64,000 bases of DNA from a bacterium. GTDB lineage: Bacteria > Verrucomicrobiota > Kiritimatiellia > CAIKKV01 > CAITUY01. Of this stretch, positions 35,062 through 45,084 are shown piece by piece. The notes under the pieces are model-generated. The model was not told the origin of the DNA. It saw only the letters and a program-made list of their open reading frames with translations, and made no database searches. A program made the position numbers and the translations under genes. The stretch covers positions 9,553 through 73,552 of the forward strand of contig JBAWZH010000001.1 in assembly GCA_037143135.1 (NCBI GenBank), read 5' to 3'. The stretch's first letter is position 1. The number at the start of each line of letters is the position of its first letter.

Positions 35062-36789
35062 ATGAGTAACAAACCCAAACTTGAACTGACGTGGATTGGC
35101 AAGGACAAGCAGCCACAACTTGAGCCGCGGATTCTGATTGAGGATGCGGGTAAATCATATGGCGACAGGAATGCCGGCAACATGCTTATCCACGCCGACA
35201 ATCTTCTCGCGGTCAAGGCGCTGGAACAGGATTTCGCGGGAAAGATTAAATGCGAATTCATTGATCCGCCATACAATACCGGCTCGGCATTTTCGCACTA
35301 TGATGACGGAGTGGAACATTCCATCTGGTTATCGCTAATGCGAGATCGGCTTGTGTTGCTAAGGAGGTTGCTTTCGAATGATGGATCTCTCTGGATCACC
35401 ATTGATGACACTGAGTGCCACTATCTGAAGGTGCTTTGCGATGAAGTGTTTGGCCGGCAGAATTTTGTAGCAAACTGTGTTTGGCAGAAGAAATCATCCC
35501 CACAACCGAATGCAGTTTGGCTGTCCGATAGTCACGATCACATTCTTGTCTATGCGAAGAATAAAAGCATCTGGCGCCCCGGCCGGTTAGAGCGCACGGA
35601 AGAGCACAATTCGATCTATAAACATTCAGATGAGTGGGACGGCGTAGCAAAAGATGGCAAAAGTTATGGTCGCGGCACCTGGTTTCCGGGTGACGCAACC
35701 GCTAGTCTACGAGGTGGTCAGCGTGGCGCTCAATTTGCACGCACGGGATATTCAGCGAATGCGTACGAGATTACTACGCCTTCCGGACGCAAGATATCAC
35801 CACCCTCCGGCACGTGTTGGAGATTCAGCAAGGAACGTATGGTGGAAATGATTGCTGATCACCGTATTACTTTCGGCAAAGCCGGGAATAATCGCCCCTG
35901 CGTGAAGCGGTTCCTTTCTGAACTCGAAGGGAAAGGGGTAGTGCCAATGACGGTTTGGCATTATGAAGATGTTGGTGAAAATCGTGTTGCTGCTCAAGAA
36001 GTTAAGGAATTCAACCCTATAAACCCTTTTGCAACACCCAAGCCAGAAAGATTAATTCATAGAGTCATTTCCCTCGCTTCCAATCCCGGTGATCTTGTTC
36101 TTGATTCGTTCGGTGGTTCAGGCACAACGGGCGCAGTGGCGCACAAGATGGGTCGTAGATGGATCATGGTTGAGCTAGGTGAACAATGTGAAACGCATTG
36201 TCTTCCTAGGCTTAAAATGGTTTGTGATGGCACGGATCAAGGTGGCATTTCCGAGGATGTTGAATGGAAAGGTGGCGGTGGATTCAAATATTATGAGCTA
36301 GCGCCAAGCCTTCTCTCAAAAGATAAGTACGGAAACTGGGTTATTAGCGAAGGTTACAATGCTAATATGCTTGCAGCGGCCATGGCTAAACATGAGGGAT
36401 TCAAGTATTCGCCACACCCAGAGATTTATTGGAAGCACGGCAATTCTTCGGAAAAAGATTTCATATTCACGACGACAGCTTTCGTGCAAGCCGCATTCAT
36501 TGACAGTATTCACGAGGAAATGGCAAAAGATGAACACTTGCTGATTTGCTGTAAAAAGTATTCGTCCGCATGCAAGGGGCGATATCCAAATATAGAGATC
36601 AAAAAGATTCCATCGATGCTTCTTGGCCGATGTGAATTTGGGCGGGACGATTACAGCCTCAATATTGTCAATATGCCGGAAGATCCAGATGAGTCTGATT
36701 TCGTGCCAGTCGGCCCAACAAAAGTGAAGGCAAAAACCAAAGACAATCCTGCACAGCCGGGTCTTTTTGACAATGAGGAGGTCGAATGA
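35062..36789 (+). CDS. mod: Type III restriction-modification methyltransferase (Mod)
   Basis: Motif IV FIDPPYNTG precedes motif I VLDSFGGSGTTGAVA (beta-class order). Its 3' end overlaps a Res helicase-nuclease gene. Confidence 0.85.
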   Translation: MSNKPKLELTWIGKDKQPQLEPRILIEDAGKSYGDRNAGNMLIHADNLLAVKALEQDFAGKIKCEFIDPPYNTGSAFSHYDDGVEHSIWLSLMRDRLVLLRRLLSNDGSLWITIDDTECHYLKVLCDEVFGRQNFVANCVWQKKSSPQPNAVWLSDSHDHILVYAKNKSIWRPGRLERTEEHNSIYKHSDEWDGVAKDGKSYGRGTWFPGDATASLRGGQRGAQFARTGYSANAYEITTPSGRKISPPSGTCWRFSKERMVEMIADHRITFGKAGNNRPCVKRFLSELEGKGVVPMTVWHYEDVGENRVAAQEVKEFNPINPFATPKPERLIHRVISLASNPGDLVLDSFGGSGTTGAVAHKMGRRWIMVELGEQCETHCLPRLKMVCDGTDQGGISEDVEWKGGGGFKYYELAPSLLSKDKYGNWVISEGYNANMLAAAMAKHEGFKYSPHPEIYWKHGNSSEKDFIFTTTAFVQAAFIDSIHEEMAKDEHLLICCKKYSSACKGRYPNIEIKKIPSMLLGRCEFGRDDYSLNIVNMPEDPDESDFVPVGPTKVKAKTKDNPAQPGLFDNEEVE

Positions 36790-39467
36790 TGAATAGCACG
36801 GCACTATATGTCAGGAATCGGCTCAGTTTGCGCCCTCCTCAGGAGGAAAGCCTGCGGATTCTTTCCGAGTTAGCGACAGAATTGACGCTTAAGAAGGGAT
36901 GTGATCTAAGTTCAGAACTGACGAAGGTGAAGGCAAAATATCCGACCTGTTCGGACTTCGAGAGAAACTTCCCCTCCATGTGTTTCGCCTTGGCAACAGG
37001 TGTTGGCAAGACGCGTCTTATGGGTGCTTTCATCGCATATCTTTATCTTGAGAAGAAGATTCGCAATTTCTTTGTTTTGGCCCCGAACCTGACGGTCTAC
37101 ACGAAATTGATCGAGGACTTCTCGAATCCACTGAATCCGAAGTACGTTTTTCCGGGTATTGGCGTACTAGCCCAGAATGCACCCAATATCATCACTGGCG
37201 ACAACTATGATGACGCTCGGCATGGAAATTTATACACAGATTTGAATATCAATGTGTTCAATATCTCGAAAATCAATGCCGAAGCGAGAGGTGGCGCAGA
37301 ACCTCGAATTAAACGAATGGTTGAATACTTAGGCGAGCCGTATTTCAACTATCTCTCGAATCTCGATGACCTTGTTATTCTCATGGATGAATCCCATCAC
37401 TATCGGGCTGATCGCGGTATGGCTGTAATCAATGAGCTGAACCCGATTCTCGGACTGGAACTAACCGCGACGCCACAGGTCGAACGAGGAAGTAACACGC
37501 TCAAATTCAAGAATGTGGTCTACGAATACTCGCTAAAAAAAGCCATAGACGGCGGGTTTGTGAAGATTCCGGCGGTTGCCACTCGAAAGGACTTTAACCC
37601 GGCACAATATAGCGATGATGATCTTGATCGGATCAAACTTGAGGATGGTATTCGTATTCACGAAGACACGAAAGTTGCCCTTCAAATCTATTCCAGGGAT
37701 TCACGAAAGCGGCTGGTCAAGCCCTTCGTTCTTGTCGTGGCTAAAGATACACAGCACGCCGGGCAATTGAAGGAACTTATTGAATCACCGTCGTTCTTCA
37801 AGGGACAGTATGCTGGAAAAGTCATGGAGATCCATTCTGGCCAAAGCGGTTCAGAGAAAGACGAGAATATCGCCAAGTTGCTTTTGCTAGAGCATCCTGA
37901 AAACACAATAGAGATCGTCATTCACGTCAACATGCTTAAAGAAGGCTGGGACGTGACGAACCTTTACACAATCATCCCTCTCCGGACGGCCGCATCCACA
38001 ACTTTGCGCGAACAGACAATTGGTAGAGGTCTTCGCTTGCCTTATAACGGCGAAAAGACGGGCGACCCCAAGGTAGACAAGCTAACTATTGTATCACATG
38101 ACCGGTTCCAGGAGATCCTTGACGCCGCTAATTTGTCCGGCTCAATCTTCCGGCGGGAAAACATCATTGAGATTGACGAAGAACTCACGGCACAGAAAGA
38201 GACCCTCACGGCCACCTCACCAATGACGCGGGGATTGCAGGACGAGCAGAAACGAATTGAGACACTTGCCGATCCAGTGGAGAAACAAAAAGCGCAACTT
38301 ACCCTTGAGACGAAGAAACAGATCGTTTCAACCCTTAATGACCTCAATACCGAGATCAAATCCGTTCAAGAACTGAGTCGGCCTGAAATCAAACAGAGGG
38401 CCATGGATAAATTCAAGGAGCGCATTCAGTCAGCATCCCAGCAATCGCTCTTTGTGAACGAAATGGTCAAGGAGGCCGAGTCGCATTACGACGAAGTTGC
38501 CAGGGAATTCGTGCTCAATATTATTGAAATACCGCGAATTATTATTCAGCAGTCGGATAAGGTCCGCTCCGGTTTTCATGGCTTTACTCTCGACACAATC
38601 GGCTTGAGCTATCGCCCGGTCTCTGAGGCGATTCTTCGGCGGTCCTTGATGGACAACAAGGAGGAAATCATTCATGGCGTTGGCCGGATCACTCCGGAAA
38701 GTCTCGGCAATCTGATTGTGAGTGAATTAATAAACTACCCTGAAATTGACTACGATGAACAATCAGCGCTGCTTTTCAGTCTCGCGAATGATGCCTTGTC
38801 CAAACTAAAGGGTGATCTTACCGGGGATGAACTGATCAACGTTGTGCAGTATCACAAGCGCGAAATCGGAGCATTCATTTATGCCCAGATGATGTCATCC
38901 GAGCATTTCTATTGTGATACTCCGGTATATGACGAGCCCATTGTCAAACCATTCACGGTAATTGAGGAGCATAATTATTCCAAGTTTACCGCCGATAACG
39001 TACATGACTACTCAGAGACCATTACACCAACCCGTCTCATTCCGACCAAGATTTTCAGCGGGTTCAAGAAAGCGTGCCATACGCTCTATAAGTTCGACTC
39101 AAAAACAGAAAAGGATTTCGCGGCGATCCTTGAGAATCCCAATAACGAAGTTCTGAAATGGCTTCGCCCGGCGAAGAATCAGTTTCAAATATACTGGAAA
39201 CACAATTCCAGCCGGTATATTCCCGATTTTGTTGTTGAGACGCCCGACACCATTTACATGGTGGAAACTAAAAAAGAGGGGGATATTGACACCGGCGAGG
39301 TACAAGAAAAGGCGACAGCGGCCGATGAGTACTGCAAACATGCCACCGACTTCACCACAAAGCACAAAGGCAAACCTTGGAAATACGTCATCATTCCGCA
39401 CAACGCTGTGTTGGCGAATATGAGTTTCCGCACGCTTGCTGTAAAATACGAGTACAAGGGTGTGTGA
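36786..39467 (+). CDS. res: Type III restriction enzyme Res subunit (helicase + PD-ExK nuclease)
   Basis: LATGVGKTRLM (Walker A), VILMDESHHY (DEAH-type), TIGRGLRLP (motif VI), and C-terminal YIPDFVVETPDTIYMVETKKEGD (PD ... ExK). Confidence 0.85.
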   Translation: MMNSTALYVRNRLSLRPPQEESLRILSELATELTLKKGCDLSSELTKVKAKYPTCSDFERNFPSMCFALATGVGKTRLMGAFIAYLYLEKKIRNFFVLAPNLTVYTKLIEDFSNPLNPKYVFPGIGVLAQNAPNIITGDNYDDARHGNLYTDLNINVFNISKINAEARGGAEPRIKRMVEYLGEPYFNYLSNLDDLVILMDESHHYRADRGMAVINELNPILGLELTATPQVERGSNTLKFKNVVYEYSLKKAIDGGFVKIPAVATRKDFNPAQYSDDDLDRIKLEDGIRIHEDTKVALQIYSRDSRKRLVKPFVLVVAKDTQHAGQLKELIESPSFFKGQYAGKVMEIHSGQSGSEKDENIAKLLLLEHPENTIEIVIHVNMLKEGWDVTNLYTIIPLRTAASTTLREQTIGRGLRLPYNGEKTGDPKVDKLTIVSHDRFQEILDAANLSGSIFRRENIIEIDEELTAQKETLTATSPMTRGLQDEQKRIETLADPVEKQKAQLTLETKKQIVSTLNDLNTEIKSVQELSRPEIKQRAMDKFKERIQSASQQSLFVNEMVKEAESHYDEVAREFVLNIIEIPRIIIQQSDKVRSGFHGFTLDTIGLSYRPVSEAILRRSLMDNKEEIIHGVGRITPESLGNLIVSELINYPEIDYDEQSALLFSLANDALSKLKGDLTGDELINVVQYHKREIGAFIYAQMMSSEHFYCDTPVYDEPIVKPFTVIEEHNYSKFTADNVHDYSETITPTRLIPTKIFSGFKKACHTLYKFDSKTEKDFAAILENPNNEVLKWLRPAKNQFQIYWKHNSSRYIPDFVVETPDTIYMVETKKEGDIDTGEVQEKATAADEYCKHATDFTTKHKGKPWKYVIIPHNAVLANMSFRTLAVKYEYKGV

Positions 39468-39713
39468 CTTTCGACATTTATGTTTGAGGTACGACGAATT
39501 CCAATTCCTAGTAAAGTATGAACTTCTTGCCCTTCTCAACAGTATATGATCCTGCGGAAGACCCTCCGGTTACCCATGGCGGCTGGGGCATGGTTTTGTT
39601 CAGAATAGGTCGAATATCATCGATCTGGTAATCTGTGGAAGCGAAGAGTATCCGGTGTAGCCTAGAATTGGGAATATGGTGTCGTCCTTAGACCGAAACA
39701 AGGAGATTAAGAG

Positions 39714-41582
39714 ATGTGGCATGACGTAGAGACAACCAGAGACCTACTCAATTTCACCGTCGTTGCCGAAACTGCTGCGCAGCTTGTACGGGAGTCCGCT
39801 GGGCAGCCCCTCTCGATCGGTGTCTCTGGTAACTGGGGTACCGGGAAATCATCCCTGGTCAAGATGATCGGGTCCTCCTTGAAGACGGCAGACGCTCATG
39901 AGGGCAAGTATGTATTCCTTGAGTTCAATGCGTGGCTTTACCAAGGGTACGACGATGCTCGAATGGCTTTGCTCCAATCTGTTGCGGACAAGCTTCTCGC
40001 TGAAGCAGAGCGACGTAAGACCCATCTTGACAAGGCCACTGAGTTCGCCAAGCGGGTGAACTGGCTTCGCGTGGGAAAGCTCCTTGCACCAACCGTTTCC
40101 GGGGCGCTAATTGGTGGCACACTGGCAGGACCGGTTGGGGCCATTATCGGCGCCGTCGGGGGACTATGCAAAGCGGGGGTGCCCCCAAGCCCAGAGGATA
40201 TCGAAAAGGTTAAAGACGCTTACGCCACACTCCAGCCTGAGTTGGCGAGTTTGCTCAAGGAAAGAGAAGCAAAATCCCTTCCCAGGGAAATTGCTGAGTT
40301 ACGCGCTGCTTTTGAGGACATACTGACGTCCCTTGACGTTACGCTTATTGTGCTGGTCGATGACCTCGACCGTTGTTTGCCTGACACAGCCATCTCCACT
40401 CTTGAAGCAATGCGGCTACTGCTTTTTCTTCCCCGTACCGCTTTTATTATTGCCGCAGATGAGCAGATGATTCGGGGCGCCGTCCGCGTGCATTTCAGGG
40501 ATGTTGATTTGGACGACGACCTTGTGACGAGCTACTTCGACAAGCTTATTCAAGTGCCGTTGAGAGTTCCGAGGTTAGGCATCACAGAGGTTAAATGTTA
40601 CCTCATTCTACTTCTCGCCGAGTTATCTGAACGTAGAGGTGACATCACCAAAGAGGCACGCACCCGTGCCGAGACAACCATTCTGATTGCTGTGCGTCAG
40701 TCGTGGGCAGGCGGTCTCACGCGCAAGAAAATGGAAGAGGCGTTCGGCGCTGATGCCGCGAAAGTCAGCACGGCGATCGATATTGCCGATCAACTCGCGA
40801 GCATCATGGTCTCGGCTGACCGTATCGCAGGTAACCCGCGACTAATCAAACGGTTTCTCAATAATTTGATGATTCGTGACGCCGTTGCGAGAGCCCAGGG
40901 ATTGACAATTGCATTCGACCAACTCGTGAAACTGCAACTCTTTGAGCGCTGCGCACCAGCGGCAGCATTCGAGTATCTCGTGAAGCAGGTTGCAGATCGA
41001 GAAGACGGCAAGGCGGCGTTTCTAATTGAAATTGAGGCTTTCTTGGCAAAGGGCGAATCGTTTGGCATTCCTGATCCAAGCTGGGATGTGCCTTTCGTCG
41101 CTGATTGGCTCAAGCTCAACCCAAGACTCGGGGACGTAGACCTACGTCCGTTGCTCTATCTGAGCCGGGATCGTGCTCTCTCTCTGGCCAGTTTTGATGA
41201 ACTCTCGCCGGAAGGACGGGCATTGCTGGAGGGGCTTCTGGAGGCGAATAGCATTATGTCACCACTCGTGGATCAACTGAAGTCACTGGGCGAAGCTGAA
41301 AGTGAACGAATACTGAGTCGCATTCGGCGGCGGGCTAGGTCAAACCAATGGGATCGAGTCACGCTGACTCAAGCTCTGCACGTCCCGAAAGCCTTTCCGA
41401 ACTTGGGGCCATCATTCGTCAACCTTCTGAATGAGATCCCAGCATCCAAACGGCCTGCCCCGTTAATTCCACTGATTCGCAACGAAGCCTGGGCAAGAGA
41501 GATGTTGGAGCGATGGGGCGCTGACGAGAAGTCGCCCCAGCCTGTGAAGAATGCTGTTACTGGTTTAGGAAGGAAATCGTAG
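39714..41582 (+). CDS. qatA: KAP-family P-loop NTPase (QatA)
   Basis: IGVSGNWGTGKSSLVKMI and LIVLVDDLDRCLPD. It is the first gene of a four-gene set with QatABCD order. Confidence 0.8.
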   Translation: MWHDVETTRDLLNFTVVAETAAQLVRESAGQPLSIGVSGNWGTGKSSLVKMIGSSLKTADAHEGKYVFLEFNAWLYQGYDDARMALLQSVADKLLAEAERRKTHLDKATEFAKRVNWLRVGKLLAPTVSGALIGGTLAGPVGAIIGAVGGLCKAGVPPSPEDIEKVKDAYATLQPELASLLKEREAKSLPREIAELRAAFEDILTSLDVTLIVLVDDLDRCLPDTAISTLEAMRLLLFLPRTAFIIAADEQMIRGAVRVHFRDVDLDDDLVTSYFDKLIQVPLRVPRLGITEVKCYLILLLAELSERRGDITKEARTRAETTILIAVRQSWAGGLTRKKMEEAFGADAAKVSTAIDIADQLASIMVSADRIAGNPRLIKRFLNNLMIRDAVARAQGLTIAFDQLVKLQLFERCAPAAAFEYLVKQVADREDGKAAFLIEIEAFLAKGESFGIPDPSWDVPFVADWLKLNPRLGDVDLRPLLYLSRDRALSLASFDELSPEGRALLEGLLEANSIMSPLVDQLKSLGEAESERILSRIRRRARSNQWDRVTLTQALHVPKAFPNLGPSFVNLLNEIPASKRPAPLIPLIRNEAWAREMLERWGADEKSPQPVKNAVTGLGRKS

Positions 41583-42446
41583 ATGGGAACTTCCGCATCA
41601 AGCAATGGTCCCGGCGGTGGCGTCCCCTTCGATCCCCCTTGGTTGGACGATATCCCATCACCATCGCCCGGAAACGACTCGCCTCCTGACGACCAGGAAG
41701 CAGATGATAGCGATTCAGGCGATGACCAGTCAGCGCCGCCACAGGAACCACCCCGAAAACCATTGGACACTGCGCCGCAGCGGCGTTTTGCCAATGCTCG
41801 CCGTGCACTTGGGGAGTTTGCGCGCACAGGTAAGGAAGACGCATTCAGGAGGGCAGTCGGACACTACTCCCGTACCGGCATGGGTGGTGCACGCGGCATG
41901 GCGCACCGTATGCGGGCATCCACAAAGACCGGGGCACAAGTATTTAGCATTCTTCAGTCGGCTCGTGAAGGGATCGACCCCGCAGTCAACGAGTGGGTTG
42001 CTTCGCTTACTGGAAGAAACGCAAGCGCACAGGAGATCGCCGACGAAATCATACAGCGAGCAACGCCTAGTGGCGGACGCCAAGACGAAGTGGCCTGCCA
42101 AGAATCGATCGCTCAGGCGATGGAAGACCTACTTGCGGACGACCCTGCAGTCGACCTTCTACATTTAGACGATGACCATATCTGGTCACTCATAGAATCG
42201 TTTCTTGGTTATGAAGCCTTTCATCGTATGTGTCTAGACATCGGCCAGGTATTTGAAAAGTCCACACTAAGCCCTCGTGACCGGGTTGCGCGAATGAACG
42301 AGATGCAGGATTACCTTAAGGCCGAAATCCGGGCACAAATCGAGGCGGTGAGGGCAAAGACCCCGAATGCCGGATCAGGCCAACTTCAGTTTGTTTTGCA
42401 AACCGCACTACAGAACACATTCGCCGTGTATGAGGGATCCATATGA
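41583..42446 (+). CDS. qatB: QatB-position protein (no recognisable domain)
   Basis: It starts directly after the qatA stop. The N-terminus is P/D/S-rich and low in complexity, and the rest is helical. Assignment is by position only. Confidence 0.55.
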   Translation: MGTSASSNGPGGGVPFDPPWLDDIPSPSPGNDSPPDDQEADDSDSGDDQSAPPQEPPRKPLDTAPQRRFANARRALGEFARTGKEDAFRRAVGHYSRTGMGGARGMAHRMRASTKTGAQVFSILQSAREGIDPAVNEWVASLTGRNASAQEIADEIIQRATPSGGRQDEVACQESIAQAMEDLLADDPAVDLLHLDDDHIWSLIESFLGYEAFHRMCLDIGQVFEKSTLSPRDRVARMNEMQDYLKAEIRAQIEAVRAKTPNAGSGQLQFVLQTALQNTFAVYEGSI

Positions 42447-43711
42447 AAAAGGTCATGTGTTGCCCGGAGTCCCTTTTGCCAGATCCCATCGATCCCGATA
42501 TCTTGTATTTCACCACGTTTTATTCCACAGGACGTGAGGGCATAGGACACATCGCTGTTGATCTGCCGACTGCCATCCGTAGAGACGGGCTTGAGCCTTC
42601 GGTGCGCGCTTGGGACTTCGCCGCTATTGCCTCAGCCGTTGCTGCCTCCGACAAGGCCATTCTTCGTCAGGACAGCGCAGACGGCTGGACCCGCATGATC
42701 GAACTTAGCATTTGCCTGTGCGAACCTGCTCCTTGGGACGCCAAGCGTGCTGAATTGGAGTCGCTTCTCGGCTTCCTCACAGGTGACTTCTGGACGCTGC
42801 GCCTTCTGCCGGGTGGCAAGGAAGTTCCGAAGGCGAAGAAACCAATGAATCGGAGCGCCGACTGTGTTTGTCTTCTGTCTGGTGGAATTGACAGTCTTGT
42901 AGGAGCAATCGACCAGACAGCGGCGGGCAAGAAGCCACTTTTCGTTTCGCAAGTTGTCAGAGGAGACCGAGATGCCCAGGCGAGATTCTCGTCAACACTT
43001 GGCAGCTCTAACTGCCACTGTCAGTGGAGTTTTGCCGTCGGCCATCCTGGCTCTTCAGAGAAATCAACAAGAGCTAGATCGATTGTGTTTTTTGCGTTTG
43101 CGGCGCTCGCAGCGTCCGCAGTTTTCTCAAGCAAGAAACAACCTGTCGAGATTATCGTTCCCGAAAATGGTTTCATCAGTCTGAACGTGCCGCTCGGACC
43201 TGGGCGACTGGGAAGCCTGAGCACCAAGACAACGCATCCTGTGTATATGACTGGCATCCAAGCTCTGTGGGATGCGGTTGGCATCCATGCGAGTCTGTCC
43301 TTCCCATACCGAGAAAGAACTAAGGGCGAGTTGCTCTTACAATGCGCCGATCAGAAACAGCTAGCGGCCTTGATCGGGGACTCAACGAGCTGTGGTAAGT
43401 TCCAGCGGCACAACCTGAGACACTGCGGCGAGTGCGTTCCGTGTATGGTGCGCCGCGCAGCATTTTTACGGGCACAGTTACCTGATATCACTGCCAAAGG
43501 TTACTGCCGCCAGTGTCTCAAAACCTCCGAATCGAAGGATGTGGCCGCAGCTGCAGCTGCGTATCTTCGCTATCGGGACAAGGGTATACGTCGTTTTGTG
43601 GGCGGCGCGCTCGCCTTCGCTTCCCAAGGCGAACGCGGGCGGTATGAAGCCCTTGTATCGCGCGGAATGGACGAACTGGGGCAGCTTCTTATTGGTCACG
43701 GCGTCATATGA
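42443..43711 (+). CDS. qatC: QueC-like PP-loop ATPase (QatC)
   Basis: CLLSGGIDSLVGA (SGGxDS PP-loop). C-terminal Cys cluster CGKFQRHNLRHCGECVPCMVRR. Confidence 0.8.
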   Translation: MKKVMCCPESLLPDPIDPDILYFTTFYSTGREGIGHIAVDLPTAIRRDGLEPSVRAWDFAAIASAVAASDKAILRQDSADGWTRMIELSICLCEPAPWDAKRAELESLLGFLTGDFWTLRLLPGGKEVPKAKKPMNRSADCVCLLSGGIDSLVGAIDQTAAGKKPLFVSQVVRGDRDAQARFSSTLGSSNCHCQWSFAVGHPGSSEKSTRARSIVFFAFAALAASAVFSSKKQPVEIIVPENGFISLNVPLGPGRLGSLSTKTTHPVYMTGIQALWDAVGIHASLSFPYRERTKGELLLQCADQKQLAALIGDSTSCGKFQRHNLRHCGECVPCMVRRAAFLRAQLPDITAKGYCRQCLKTSESKDVAAAAAAYLRYRDKGIRRFVGGALAFASQGERGRYEALVSRGMDELGQLLIGHGVI

Positions 43712-44436
43712 TCGATTTCCACTGCCATCTTGACTTGTATCCAGATGCGCTGAAGCTCCTGCCAGAAGTCGTCGCCCGGAACAGATTCACCCTCGTGGTT
43801 ACGACAAGCCCCCGTGCATGGCTGGCAACTTCACGCATATTCTCCGGGTATGACAACATTAAGGTCGCTTTGGGCATGCACCCTGAGATCGTCGAAAAGA
43901 AGGCCAACGAACGCGCGCTGCTGATGTCTAGCATTTCTAGCGCCAAATTCTTGGGCGAAGTCGGTCTTGACGGGTCAGTTCAGCACACGGACACCATGCC
44001 TCTCCAGCAGTCTATTCTAAGTGAAGTGCTGACTGAATGCGAACGGGTTGGAGGAAGGATCCTCAGCATCCATTCGAAAAATGCTGCAACCCACGTTCTT
44101 AACCTCCTCGAGCGCCATTGTCACAGAAGTGTACCCGTTTTGCACTGGTTCTCGGGTACGATTCAAGAGACACGTCGTGCTGTTGCTATGGGGTGTTGGT
44201 TCAGTGTTGGGCCTGCCATGTTACGGGGCGCAACAGGCCGGGCAATACTTCAAGAGTTACCGATAGATAAAGTTCTGCCGGAGACGGACGGACCATTCGC
44301 TAAGAATCGCTCTGTTCCGCTCATGCCGTGGGACGCCATGACAATTGTGGATACAGTCGCGTCCACTTGGCAAATGCCGAAAGTTAGTGTGTGTCGACAG
44401 CTTGAACAAAACCTTCTTGCGTTATTGGCATGCTGA
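43708..44436 (+). CDS. qatD: TatD-family metal-dependent hydrolase/DNase (QatD)
   Basis: MIDFHCHLD (HxH), ALGMHPE, GEVGLD, SIHS, and LPETDGP near the C-terminus. Confidence 0.85.
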   Translation: MIDFHCHLDLYPDALKLLPEVVARNRFTLVVTTSPRAWLATSRIFSGYDNIKVALGMHPEIVEKKANERALLMSSISSAKFLGEVGLDGSVQHTDTMPLQQSILSEVLTECERVGGRILSIHSKNAATHVLNLLERHCHRSVPVLHWFSGTIQETRRAVAMGCWFSVGPAMLRGATGRAILQELPIDKVLPETDGPFAKNRSVPLMPWDAMTIVDTVASTWQMPKVSVCRQLEQNLLALLAC

Positions 44437-44585
44437 TAGCCTGCCTGGCCGACGACTTGGCCAAGGCAATCCAAAAATACCAGCGCGCCAAGGCCGTTGA
44501 GGGAGATCGACTGGTGACATCTCAGAAAATGATCCTGGGCCAAATATAGGGTCAAGAGTGTATTGATTGTGATTTATCGAGAGTC

Positions 44586-44870
44586 TTATACTCGTTTCAG
44601 TGTCTTTTTGGCTTTTCGTATGAATTCATCTTCATTTTTACAAATGTCGGCTCGAACCCCTGTTATTTCCTGCATATCTGCTGCTAAGTCTTGCATTATT
44701 TCATCATTATCAAAGCTGAAGAAGGCAACACCCTTGTGAATTGCAAAACTCCGCATTTTACAGTCATAGGCTTGAGCACAATTCTGCAGGAGATTCATGA
44801 ACTCCTTAACCTGTGGATCATCCAGTGAGTCAACTGTGGCTTCAAACAGATTCATTGTCATTACGCTCAT
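44586..44870 (-). CDS. Hypothetical small protein
   Basis: 94-aa ORF with AGGGGAAACC upstream on the minus strand. No family recognised. Confidence 0.4.
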   Translation of the reverse strand: MSVMTMNLFEATVDSLDDPQVKEFMNLLQNCAQAYDCKMRSFAIHKGVAFFSFDNDEIMQDLAADMQEITGVRADICKNEDEFIRKAKKTLKRV

Positions 44871-45040
44871 TAGGTTTCCCCTCCCAGTCTGAACGTCCGA
44901 AGATCGCAGGGCCCTTCGACGAATCAGCCAAAACAGTCCTGAAAAGAATATTTAAGGTACCAGTAGCTTTTCATTATTATTATGTCAATACCCATCAGTG
45001 AAGCGCCATCAAAAAAAGCTACCGCTAGGCAGAGAAAGAA

Positions 45041-45065
45041 GCCCGGATCAGAAAAAGATCCGGGC
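45041..45065 (-). terminator. Rho-independent terminator candidate downstream of 45085..45420
   Basis: GCCCGGATC / GATCCGGGC form a 9-bp stem with a 7-nt loop. On the minus strand it is followed by TTCTTTCTCT. Confidence 0.4.
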
Positions 45066-45084
45066 AAGGAAAAAGAAGTAAGAA

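Noticed and set aside
28758-39467. Calling SNF2 + methyltransferase + helicase-nuclease a DISARM or BREX system
   Set aside because: I saw no DrmA/DrmB (DUF1998) or PLD DrmC next to it, and no PglZ, BrxC or BrxL. Mod and Res show standard type III motifs.
41605-42168. 187-aa alternative-frame ORF inside qatB, and similar long shadow ORFs (46237..46782, 50657..51214, 50982..51449, 56735..57262)
   Set aside because: They lie inside or antisense to ORFs with clear family motifs or better composition. They are R/S/P/G-rich, as expected for out-of-frame reading of GC-rich coding DNA.
44437-45084. Attachment-site direct repeats or a tRNA target linking 44.4-45.1 kb with 55.0-55.9 kb
   Set aside because: By eye I found no shared string of 12 bp or more and no cloverleaf-like sequence. 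This needs a computational repeat search, so the element boundaries are left open.
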